Shown here: in pieces, positions 52,801 to 63,762 of the stretch
How positions within the stretch are numbered: the stretch's first letter is position 1
Layout of the letters: each line of letters starts with the position of its first letter
Assembly: GCA_951406725.2 (NCBI GenBank)
Contig: OX597841.1
Coordinates: forward strand, 23,684,001-23,748,000
Length of the DNA: 64,000 bases
Direction: 5' to 3'
Source: Octopus vulgaris
Taxonomy: Eukaryota
Translations under genes and position numbers: made by a program
Notes under the pieces: generated by a model
What the model was told of the DNA's origin: nothing
The model's database searches: none
The model's input: the letters and a program-made list of their open reading frames with translations, nothing else

Positions 52801-53277
52801 GACTGTTCTGTCTTTTATTCTGGCAGTGTGTGTAAGCTGACACCATTCCGTCCTTCCTTCCTTGCTTCTATTTCTAGCAAGTCAAAGTGACTCTACAGCT
52901 GCTGCTTTGTCGATTTCTCGTTAGGAATTTAGTTAAAACAAACAAATACTAAAAATAATATTTAGAGTAAAATAGGCAACAGTCAACCTGAATGGCTGTC
53001 TGTTTCTCTCCCAAATTGCTGTTGTGGACACCAGTCGTTAGTGAACTAATTAACGAGTGACAAGCATTAGTATGGTACACTGGTAGTTCAGTTAGTTACC
53101 AGGTCGGGTGTCAATTGGAGTAATTCTACACCTCCCCCACCATCAAAGCTGGCCTTGGTCTTTTTTTTTTAGTTTTTGTTTTTGTTCCATGTTTCAGTCA
53201 TTTGACCGTGGCCATGCTGGGGCACTTGTGCATGTTTCAGTCATTTGACTGCAGTCGTGTTGGGGCACAGCTTTCAC

Positions 53278-53735
53278 ATCAGGCCCCCACCACTAGGCTC
53301 CAGCCACCAGGCTCTGGCCAGCAGGTATCACTACCAGGCTCCAGCCATCAGGCCCCCACAACTTGGCTCCAGCCATCAGGCCCCCACCACTAGGCTCTGG
53401 CCAGCAGGTTCCACCACCAGGCTCCAGCCATCAGGCTCTGGCCAGCAGGTATCACAACCAGGCTCTAGCCAGCAGGTCCCACCACCAGGCTCCAACCAGC
53501 AGGTCCCACCACCAGGCTCCCTCCACAAGGCTCCAGCCATCAGGCCCCATCCACCGGCTCCAGCCATCAGGCCCCCACCACAAGGCTCCAGCCATCAGGT
53601 TCTGGCCAGCAGGTATCACTACCAGGTCCCAACCATCAAACCCCAACCACCAGGCCCCAACAGCAGGTTCCAGCCACCAGGCTCCGACCATCAGGCCCCA
53701 ACCACCAGGCTCCAGCCATCAGGCCCCCAACCACC
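53278..53735. repeat. GC-rich minisatellite (CCACCAGGCTCCAGCCATCAGGC-type units)
   Basis: Seen directly. Confidence 0.9.
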
Positions 53736-54192
53736 AGTCTGTGGACCATTTCATACTTGGCGATGCAGAAAGAATATAAAAAGGTTGACGGGGCGGCGGG
53801 GACTGCTGCCACTGTTCCAGTTCGTTTCTACTTCCGTATCACTCTCTCCTCATCACTCATCATTCTCATCTCATCATTCGCCCCCATTTGTGACACCCCT
53901 GAAAAGACACCTCAGTTTGAAGCTGAACATAAATCAGGGTGTCCACCCCACTCTACCATCTATCTCTCTCTTGAAATAAGGGAGTGTGCAGCATGGAATT
54001 TCAAAAGCTCAGGTAGTATATATATATACATCTACATTGCTCTTATATTTCATATGTATATAAAATATATATGTGTGTATATATATAATATATATATGTG
54101 TATATATATATATCTTAAGTGCTTATTTGATTGCATTGGAAAAAAAAAGCTTTTATCAAGCAACAACATTTTGCCAACAAATCATAATAATG

Positions 54193-54224
<32 letters not shown>

Positions 54225-55162
54225 TTGCAAATGAAAAACGATGTGGTAAAATGAATAAAAATTTGCAAAATCCTAAAACCCTCAAAACGGATAAACATAT
54301 ATTTATGCAAATATATGTAATATATTATTATGTTTAATGTGTGTATAATTAAATGAAAACAGCATGTGGCATAAGAAAAATTTGAAGAAAAAAAAAAAGA
54401 GAATCGAAAAACTTGCTCAAGGCAAGATTCTCATGCTGAGTGGCCTCAACACAACATACACTTTGTATTTTTTGCCCTGCATAATTTTTGCTCACGATAT
54501 TTCTGCTGCTGTTTCCACAACTCCACCCCTGCCTTGTGCTGCCTTGCCCTTGCCCTTCTCTTCTCTTCTCTCTGACCCCCATCATTGATGTCTGTCTTAG
54601 CTGCAGTGGCCCAGCACAGTTGTGGAACAGTACAGCATCCCCTCATCATCATCATCGTCATCGTCATCATCTGACCACCTCTTGTAAGACAAAGGAACAG
54701 GCACTTGTTTATCTTCAAAGTGCTCTCTCTGTCTCTCTCCCTCCCTCCCTCCCTCTGTCTCTCTCTTTCTTTCTCTCACTCAGCTGTTTGGTCCCTTTTT
54801 ATCCGATCTGGTGTATGTCTCGTTTTTTGTTTGGACTTCAATTGTATTCCCCCCCATAACTGGCTTCATTTACTGGGTCAAGGGTCGAGTCTCATCTCAG
54901 GTGCTTTCAGTTTTGCATCTTTGCTTTGAATCCCCACATTCACTCTTTCCTCCTTCCACTCTCTCTCTCTTCCATCCTTCCTCTCTCATTTACAATAGTT
55001 TCTGCTTTTTTATGGGCTTATTAGGGTTCACCATTCTGTACCCTTACTTAATCCACTTCTCCTTTGCACATCCACTTCTGCTCCTTCTCTCTCTCTCTGT
55101 CACACAGTGTGTGTGTATGTGTTTACATATATAGATGTATATATATATATATACATACATAC

Positions 55163-55193
<31 letters not shown>

Positions 55194-55217
55194 GATATAT
55201 ATATATACCTACATGTG

Positions 55218-55265
<48 letters not shown>

Positions 55266-55279
55266 TTTATATATATATA

Positions 55280-55669
55280 CTAGCAGTATCGCCCGACGTT
55301 GTTCGGGTTTGTTTCGACCCGCTGGAATTGGAATTTTTGAAAAGTAAAAATTTTGCATTATGTAGCTTGTTATTCTCTTCAAGTGAACATTTTTCTGGTT
55401 GAAATACACCGAAAAGTGGCGACACAGCAGTGAAAAAAATCGTAAAAAATAGGGATTTTCATAGAAAAAAAGCACCTTTTTGATGTAAATAATTTTTGGT
55501 GTTAACATGGTCTGATTTGAATTTTATCTTCTACGGAAGGAAGATCAACCCTTCTATCATACTCTCAATTTTGGTCAACTTGTGCCGCAGGGTCTCGGAG
55601 GAGATAGTGTTAGTTGAAGGCTACCAAACCTGGCGCACACAGACAACTTCAGCTTTATATAGAGAGAGA
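55280..55669 (-). mobile_element. Non-autonomous Helitron
   Basis: A|CTAGCAGTATCGCCCGACGTTGTTCGGG ... ACAACTTCAGCTTTATATAGAGAGAGA|T; termini are reverse complements of 26649-27043. Confidence 0.85.
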
Positions 55670-56125
55670 TAACACACACACATCTATGTATGTATGTATG
55701 TATATATGTACATCTGTCCACTTCTTGCCATATTTTTATCCTTCACTTCCTACACACTCTCACACACAGACACACACACACCTTCTTAGCTTACTATTTT
55801 CTTTCAACAATTGACACTGTCATATATGTATATGTTTGCGTGTCTATGTGTGTAAAGAGAAAGTGTGCTGATAGGCGGAGTAAAAGCCTTTGAAGTGAGA
55901 GAGGGAAATCGTAAAATATTGAGTTTTTTCAAATTTTTGCTTAATTGGGGGTCAAATTGAAAGAAATTTATATGCCATGACCGAATCGAATCTACTTCAA
56001 AAAATCATGGGTAAATTCTAATTGAAGAAATTCTATATTGTAGAATTGTACTAAAAAGGAACATGGGAACAGGCAGAGAAAATCTGCCTTTTATCATAAG
56101 AGATATATATACATGTGTATATATG

Positions 56126-56156
<31 letters not shown>

Positions 56157-56190
56157 TTAAAAAAGATGTGGAACACGAGTTGTGATAGAT

Positions 56191-56489
56191 AAAAAAGGAA
56201 ATGAAGAAAATGCTGACAAAATAATTTAAGTAAGGGAGAGTGTATTTAATTAGGTGAAAGTTCTTTTTACCGGTTGCGCATTTGTTATGCTTATCAAAAG
56301 ATATTTTTTTAAGTGAGATAGAGTTCCTTTCTGATAAAAAATCTATCAGAAAGGAACTCTATCTCACTTAAAAAAATATCTTTTGATAAGCATAACAAAT
56401 GCGCAACCGGTAAAAAGAACTTTCACCTAATTAAATACACTCTCCCTTACTTAAATTATTTTGTCAGCATTTTCTTCATTTCCTTTTTT
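56191..56489. repeat. Perfect palindrome with 146-bp arms and a 7-nt loop (Penelope-like terminus)
   Basis: 56191-56336 is the reverse complement of 56344-56489 with no mismatch seen; loop AAAAATC. Confidence 0.95.
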
Positions 56490-56869
56490 TATATATATAT
56501 AGATATGTGCATATATTTATGTTTGTGTGTATGTCTACATGTGTGTGTGTATATGTATATGCACACAATCACAAATCTGAAACACTAATCACACATCAAC
56601 ATATCCCCAAAGCGCTCATTCTTTCTGTTTGTTTCTTCTTTCACCTCACCCCCTCACCTTTTTTCCTTCTTTTCTATGTCGCATCTTATTTACTTTGTCT
56701 TATTCTCCTAACTATTTTGAGATACGACCTGAGCGTTTCGTAGGTTTTATTATCACAGCCTTACCTAGATATGTTTCAGGGAAATTTATACAAGTTATGT
56801 TGTATTCATAGATAGATTTGTGGGGCTTCTAGTGACTCCGTTAATCGTCCAATGTATAGCAGCACTTGG

Positions 56870-57175
56870 CCCTTCAGCATATAGCAACCCAATCAGTTCT
56901 TCAGCATATAGCAACCCCAGTTGGTCCTTCAGCATATGGCAACTCAATCAGTTCTTCAGCATATAGCAGCACCAGTTGGTCCTTCAGCATATAGCAGCCC
57001 CAATCAGTTCTTCAGCATATAGCAACCCTAATTGGTCCTTCAGCATATAGCAACCCAATCAGTTCTTCAGCATATCAGCATATAGCAGCCCCAATCAGTT
57101 CTTCAGCATATAGCAACCCCAATTGGTCCTTCAGCATATAGCAACCCAATCAGTTCTTCAGCATATAACAACCCC
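56870..57175. repeat. ~27-bp minisatellite (TTCAGCATATAGCAACCC...)
   Basis: Seen directly. Confidence 0.9.
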
Positions 57176-58060
57176 TGTCAGCCCTGCAGTATACCAAATT
57201 TCCATAACCAATACTGATTTATTTCTGGTAATTCTACAGTGGCAAGCTAGCGGAATCGTTACTGTACTGGACAAAAATGCTCAGAAGCATTTCTCTGGCT
57301 CCTATGTTCTTAAGTTCAAATGCCACCGTGGTCAACTTTTGATTTTCATCCTGGGGTCAATGTAATCAACTGACCCCTTTCCCCTTAAATTTGAAGCCTT
57401 TTTGCTTATAATAGAATTATTAATGCTAAATCTTATTTTATTTTCGTAAAGTATACTAGCCATCTCAATATGGCTAACCCCTAAGGGTGGGTGTTACTGT
57501 AGCTTGTAGCCCCAGGAGATCATCGTCTCCAGCTGGCTTTAGGCACACTTTCTGTGCTCTTATGGTATTTGTAAAGGGAGGTCATCCCTCTCTCGTAAGC
57601 CTAAGTGATACGCACGGACTGCAGTTTCGGGGTTGTTGCCTCTTGTCTACGCACGGACTGCAATTTCGGGGTTGTTGCCTCTTGTCAACGTACGGCAATC
57701 ACCGGTTTTACATCTCGTTCAGAGATTTATTATTGCTTATTTTATTTTATTTTGAGAAAACTTCGAAGCCATTCAATCTCTTCCTTTCTTGCTGTTATCA
57801 TCATCCCATCATCATCATCATCACCACTTTCATTTCTCTTGTCATCGTTATAATCCTTGTCATTATCATCAGTTCTTTTACTCTCCCTCATCAGCTCCTT
57901 AATCATCATTTCTCCGACATCGTCGTCACATCACTTTGTTGAGACGAAAGGATTTTTCTTCTTTTTTTCCTTCTTGTTTGAAACTAATTGAAACGAGCAA
58001 AAAAAAAACCCCCCAAAAAAAGACAAAGTGAAAAACACAACCATCATGACGATTGATATG

Positions 58061-58091
<31 letters not shown>

Positions 58092-58468
58092 ATAATAATG
58101 TTGGCAAAATAAGCATATGAAATATATAAATATATATTTGCAAATACATAAGGGCAAAATGAAAAATATTAAAGAAAATAAACAAAGGCCTAAGTTTATG
58201 ATTATTTTGGGCTCATGTAATATGTTGTTGTGATTTTATGGTTGTGTGTGCCACAAGCCACATTTAACGACCACAATGTGTCGCCGTGGCTCTCCTTTCC
58301 CCCTCTCTCTTTTTCTCTCACTCTCCGCTCCCCCTTTCTCTCTCTTTCTGTTACCCCCCCCCCCCCCGGCCCCTTGCCGTGGCCCCGTTACCCCCTCTCC
58401 GTCCCCACCCACCCTCAGTTCGTAAGTGATGAATATACTTTACCGCCCTCCTTTCCCCCCACATGAAG

Positions 58469-58622
58469 CTTCACGAACATACAGAAGAGTCGTCCACCCG
58501 TGACGGTCCAGAACATTCGTGCCAAGATGGCGGCACAGCAGCAGGCGTCGGTGCGGAACCGTAGGCTAGCCCAGCAGATGGCTAACCGACCGAGCGTGAT
58601 CGCGGCCCTGAAGATCAAGAGG
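58469..58622 (+). CDS. CHTOP: CHTOP second conserved coding exon
   Basis: Acceptor ...ATGAAG|C completes CG+C (Arg), and the exon ends at donor AGG|[57 protein letters not shown] matches the CHTOP motif [25 protein letters not shown] as recalled. Confidence 0.95.
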
Positions 58623-58669
58623 GTAAGACTGCATTTTTTCATCTCCTTTTGGCTCTGTCTTACTGGCTA

Positions 58670-59200
58670 TCTACCTCTGTCTGTCTGTGTCTCTATCTTT
58701 TATCCTCTTGTCTGTTTGTCTATCCATCTGTCTATCTGTGTTTATCTCTCTCTGTCTATCTATCTATCAATCCATCTGTCTGTCTGTCTATCTATCCGTC
58801 TAGCTATCTGTCTGTCTACCTCTCTATCTATCTATCTATCTATCCATCTGTCTATCTATCTGTCTGTCTATCTATCTATCTGTCTATCTGTCTGTCTGTC
58901 TATCTATCTGTCTGTCTATCTATCTATCTGTCTGTCTATCTATCTATCCATCTGTCTATCTATCTATCTGTCTGTCTATCTATCTATCCATCTGTCTATC
59001 TATCTGTCTGTCTGTCTATCTGTCTGTCTATCTATCTATCCATCTGTCTATCTATCTGTCTGTCTATCTATCCATCTGTCTATCTATCCATCTGTCTATC
59101 TATCCATCTGTCTATCTATCCATCTGTCTATCTATCTGTCTGTCTATCCATCAGTCTATCTATCTATCCATCTGTCTGTCTATCTGTCCGTCTGTCTCTT
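58670..59200. repeat. (TCTA/TCTG/TCCA)n microsatellite
   Basis: Seen directly. Confidence 0.95.
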
Positions 59201-59796
59201 GTGTCTATCCCCTTCCCTCTTCATCTTTCTATCTATCTTTCCCCTCCCCTCATGTAGACATTATTTGTTATACAACAGTGAATATGTGAAACCTTAGCCA
59301 AACCTGTATGGAAGAACACCTCTACTGTGGTGCTCAGTGGGGTGTGTGTGTGTGTGTATGTGTATGCTTGGTAGTCATTCTGTATGTCTTAGAGTTAGTG
59401 CTTATGTGTGTTAGTCGGTCGGTGTGTGTCTGTCTGCCCGCCTGTGTATGCGTGTGTCCGCTTACGACTGTGTGCCTGTGCATCAGTTAATGTATGTATG
59501 TGTGTGTGTCTATGCATCACTGCTTGTGCCTCAGTTAATGTGTGTGTGTGTGTGTGTGTGTATCAGTTTTGTCAGAGGTGATAGAATGAAAGAAACCCCA
59601 CTGGCCCTATAACCCTTTAGCATTCAGATTACCTTTCCAAATGTAACCCTTATTTATTCACACTGTTTTGAATTGACCCTTTAGCATTTGGATCACACTG
59701 TTAAACATATTGCTTATTTGTTCGCATTATTTCGAATTAATCATGCATTATCTCATAGCTTTGAGATTTCGATGATGTGATTGCATATTTGGCACT

Positions 59797-60887
59797 TCCC
59801 GTGCCGGTGGCACGTAAAAGGCACCATCCGATCGTGGCCGTTTGCCAGCCCCGCCTGGCACCTGTGCCGGTGGCACGTAAAAAGCACCATCCGATCGTGG
59901 CCGTTTGCCAGTCCTGTCTGGCCCCCATGCCAGTAGCACGTAAAAAGCACCATCCGACCATGGCCGTTTGCCAGCCTCGCCTGGCCCCCGTGCCGGTAGC
60001 ACGTAAAAAGCACCATCCGATTGTGGCCGTTTGGCAGCCCCGTCTGGCACCTGTGCCGGTGGCACGTAAAAAGCACCATCCGACCGTGGCCGTTTGCCAG
60101 CCCCGCCTGGCACGTAAAAAGCACCATCCGATCGTGGCCGTTTGCCAGTCCTGTCTGGCCCCCATGCCAGTAGCACGTAAAAAGCACCATCCGACCATGG
60201 CCGTTTGCCAGCCTCGCCTGGCCCCCGTGCCGGTGGCACGTAAAAAGCACCATCCGACCATGGCCGTTTGCCAGCCCCGCCTGGCACCTGTGCCGGTGGC
60301 ACGTAAAAAGCACCATCCGATCGTGGCCGTTTGCCAGTCCTGTCTGGCCCCCATGCCGGTAGCACGTAAAAAGCACCATCCGATTGTGGCCGTTTGCCAG
60401 CCCCGTCTGGCACCTGTGCTGGTGGCACGTAAAAAGCACCATCCGACCGTGGCCGTTTGCCACCCCCGTCTGGCACCTGTGCTGGTAGCATGTAAAAAGC
60501 ACCATCCGACCATGGCCGTTTGCCAGTCCCGTCTGGTACCTGTGCCGGTGGCATGTAAAAAGCACCATCCGACCGTGGCCGTTTGGCAGCCCCATCTGGC
60601 CCTCGTGCCGGTGGCACGTAAAAAGCACCATCCAACCGTGGCCGTTTGCCAGTCCCGCCTGGGCCCCGTAAAAAGCACCATCCGATCGTGGCCGTTTGCC
60701 AGCCCCGTCTGGCACGTAAAAAGCACCCACTACACTCACAGAGAGGTTGGCGTTAGGAAGGGCATCCAGCCGTAGAAGCACTGCCAGATCAGACTGGTCC
60801 TGGTGCAGCCTTCTGGCTTCCTAGACCCCAGTTGAACCATCGAACTCATGCTAGCATGGAGAACGGACGCTAAATGATGATGATGAT
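59797..60887 (+). mobile_element. Family-C retroelement with internal 63-bp unit expanded to about 15 copies
   Basis: AAAGCACCATCCGA at 59881, 59944, 60007 and onward, followed by the normal 3' end with (GAT)n. Confidence 0.9.
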
Positions 60888-61139
60888 TGTTGAGTAGGTG
60901 TGAGAAGCCAGATCTGGCCACTTTGAGCATAAAGCAGGTAGAATATTTTGGCTGAATATGGTTGCTATAACCCTTTCAGCATTGCTTTGAATTAATCATG
61001 CATTATCTTATAGCTCTGAGATTTCAATGAGGCAACTGTTAGTTTTTGATTGACATTGTAGGGTAGGTGTGAGAGGCCAAGTCTGGTCAGTGGAATACTG
61101 TGGCCGGATATGGCTGGTTTAAATGCTAAAGAGTCAATA

Positions 61140-63351
61140 GGCGCAGGAGTGGCTGTGTGGTAAGTAGCTTGTTTACCAACCACTTGGTTCCGGGTTCAGA
61201 TTTGCTGGATCAGAGCCAACCTAGGGTTAAACCACAAGAGCTAGGAAGGGCACAATGGATAGTGTAGTCCTAGATACATTATGTCTAAATAAAGGACATG
61301 GGTCGCCTCTGGGGCAAAGCAACAAGAACAAGGAAGGATACATTGAGTAATGTAGGCCTAGGTAGACTTTGTCTGAATAAAGGAAGGCGCAGGAGTGGCT
61401 GTGTGGTTAGTAGCTTGCTTACCAACCACATGGTTCTGGGTTCAGATTTGCTGGATCAGAGCCAACCTAGGGTTAAACCACAAGAGCTAGGAAGGGCACA
61501 ATGGATAGTGTAGTCCTAGATACATTATGTCTAAATAAAGGACATGGGTCACCTCTGGGGCAAAGCAACAAGAACAAGGAAGGATACATTGAGTAATGTA
61601 GGCCTAGGTAGACTTTGTCTGAATAAAGGAAGGCGCAGGAGTGGCTGTGTGGTTAGTAGCTTGCTTACCAACCACATGGTTCCGGGTTCAGATTTGCTGG
61701 ATCAGAGCCAACCTAGGGTTAAACCACAAGAGCTAGGAAGGGCACAATGGATAGTGTAGTCCTAGATACATTATGTCTAAATAAAGGACATGGGTCACCT
61801 CTGGGGCAAAGCAACAAGAACAAGGAAGGATACATTGAGTAATGTAGGCCTAGGTAGTCTTTGTCTGAATAAAGGAAGGCGCAGGAGTGGCTGTGTGGTT
61901 AGTAGCTTGCTTACCAACCACATGGTTCCGGGTTCAGATTTGCTGGATCAGAGCCAACCTAGGGTTAAACCACAAGAGCTAGGAAGGGCACAATGGATAG
62001 TGTAGTCCTAGATACATTATGTCTAAATAAAGGACATGGGTCACCTCTGGGGCAAAGCAACAAGAACAAGGAAGGATACATTGAGTAATGTAGGCCTAGG
62101 TAGACTTTGTCTGAATAAAGGAAGGCGCAGGAGTGGCTGTGTGGTTAGTAGCTTGCTTACCAACCACATGGTTCCGGGTTCAGATTTGCTGGATCAGAGC
62201 CAACCTAGGGTTAAACCACAAGAGCTAGTAAGGGCACAATGGATAGTGTAGTCCTAGATACATTATGTCTAAATAAAGGACATGGGTCACCTCTGGGGCA
62301 AAGCAACAAGAACAAGGAAGGATACATTGAGTAATGTAGGCCTAGGTAGACTTTGTCTGAATAAAGGAAGGCGCAGGAGTGGCTGTGTGGTTAGTAGCTT
62401 GCTTACCAACCACATGGTTCCGGGTTCAGATTTGCTGGATCAGAGCCAACCTAGGGTTAAACCACAAGAGCTAGGAAGGGCACAATGGATAGTGTAGTCC
62501 TAGATACATTATGTCTAAATAAAGGACATGGGTCACCTCTGGGGCAAAGCAACAAGAACAAGGAAGGATACATTGAGTAATGTAGGCCTAGGTAGACTTT
62601 GTCTGAATAAAGGAAGGCGCAGGAGTGGCTGTGTGGTTAGTAGCTTGCTTACCAACCACATGGTTCCGGGTTCAGATTTGCTGGATCAGAGCCAACCTAG
62701 GGTTAAACCACAAGAGCTAGGAAGGGCACAATGGATAGTGTAGTCCTAGATACATTATGTCTAAATAAAGGACATGGGTCACCTCTGGGGCAAAGCAACA
62801 AGAACAAGGAAGGATACATTGAGTAATGTAGGCCTAGGTAGACTTTGTCTGAATAAAGGAAGGCGCAGGAGTGGCTGTGTGGTTAGTAGCTTGCTTACCA
62901 ACCACATGGTTCCGGGTTCAGATTTGCTGGATCAGAGCCAACCTAGGGTTAAACCACAAGAGCTAGGAAGGGCACAATGGATAGTGTAGTCCTAGATACA
63001 TTATGTCTAAATAAAGGACATGGGTCACCTCTGGGGCAAGCAACAAGAACAAGGAAGGATACATTGAGTAATGTAGGCCTAGGTAGACTTTGTCTGAATA
63101 AAGGAAGGCGCAGGAGTGGCTGTGTGGTTAGTAGCTTGCTTACCAACCACATGGTTCCGGGTTCAGATTTGCTGGATCAGAGCCAACCTAGGGTTAAACC
63201 ACAAGAGCTAGGAAGGGCACAATGGATAGTGTAGTCCTAGATACATTATGTCTAAATAAAGGACATGGGTCACCTCTGGGGCAAGCAACAAGAACAAGGA
63301 AGGATACATTGAGTAATGTAGGCCTAGGTAGACTTTGTCTGAATAAAGGAA
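61140..63351 (+). repeat. Chimeric 246-bp tandem array x 9 (SINE-B head plus inverted copy of 51886-52074)
   Basis: Units start at 61140, 61386, 61632 and onward; they are nearly identical. Confidence 0.95.
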
Positions 63352-63762
63352 GGCGCAGGAGTGGCTGTGTGGTAAGTAGCTTGCTTATCAACCACATGGT
63401 TCCAACGGATTCAGTCCCACTGCATGACACTTTGGGCAAGTGTCTTCTACTATAGCCTCGGGCCGATCAAAGCCTTGTGAGTGGATTTGGTAGACGGAAA
63501 CTGAAAGGAGCCTGTCGTATATATGTATATATATATGCGTGTGTGTGTTTGTGTGTATGTGTTTGTCTCCCTAGCATTGCTTGACAACCGATGCTGGTGT
63601 GTTTATGTCCCCGTCACTTAGCAGTTCGGCAAAAGGGACCGATAGAATAAGTACTGGGCTTACAAAAAAGAATAAGTCCCGGGATCGAGTTGCTCGACTA
63701 AAGGCGGTGCTCCAGCATGGCCACAGTCAAATGACTGAAACAAGTAAAAAGAGTAAAGAGAG
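63352..63762 (+). mobile_element. Family-B SINE, full length, closing the array
   Basis: Complete head, body and AAAGAGT tail. Confidence 0.9.

Noticed and set aside
53245-53979. Pro/Gln/Ser-rich 244-aa ORF
   Set aside because: Minisatellite translation that is open in several frames and on both strands.
57609-57690. 39-bp GC-rich tandem duplication as a snoRNA or structured RNA
   Set aside because: No C/D or H/ACA layout recognised; more likely part of a repeat fragment.
58500-59297. 265-aa ORF as a complete protein
   Set aside because: Only 58469-58622 is exonic; the rest is read-through past GTAAGA into a (TCTA)n microsatellite.
59737-60781. Four overlapping ~300-340-aa ORFs
   Set aside because: Product of a 63-bp tandem unit within a dispersed retroelement.
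61298-62989. Seven near-identical 71-aa ORFs suggesting a tandem gene cluster
   Set aside because: The frames cross a SINE head and an inverted intron copy, so they are by-products of the 246-bp array.
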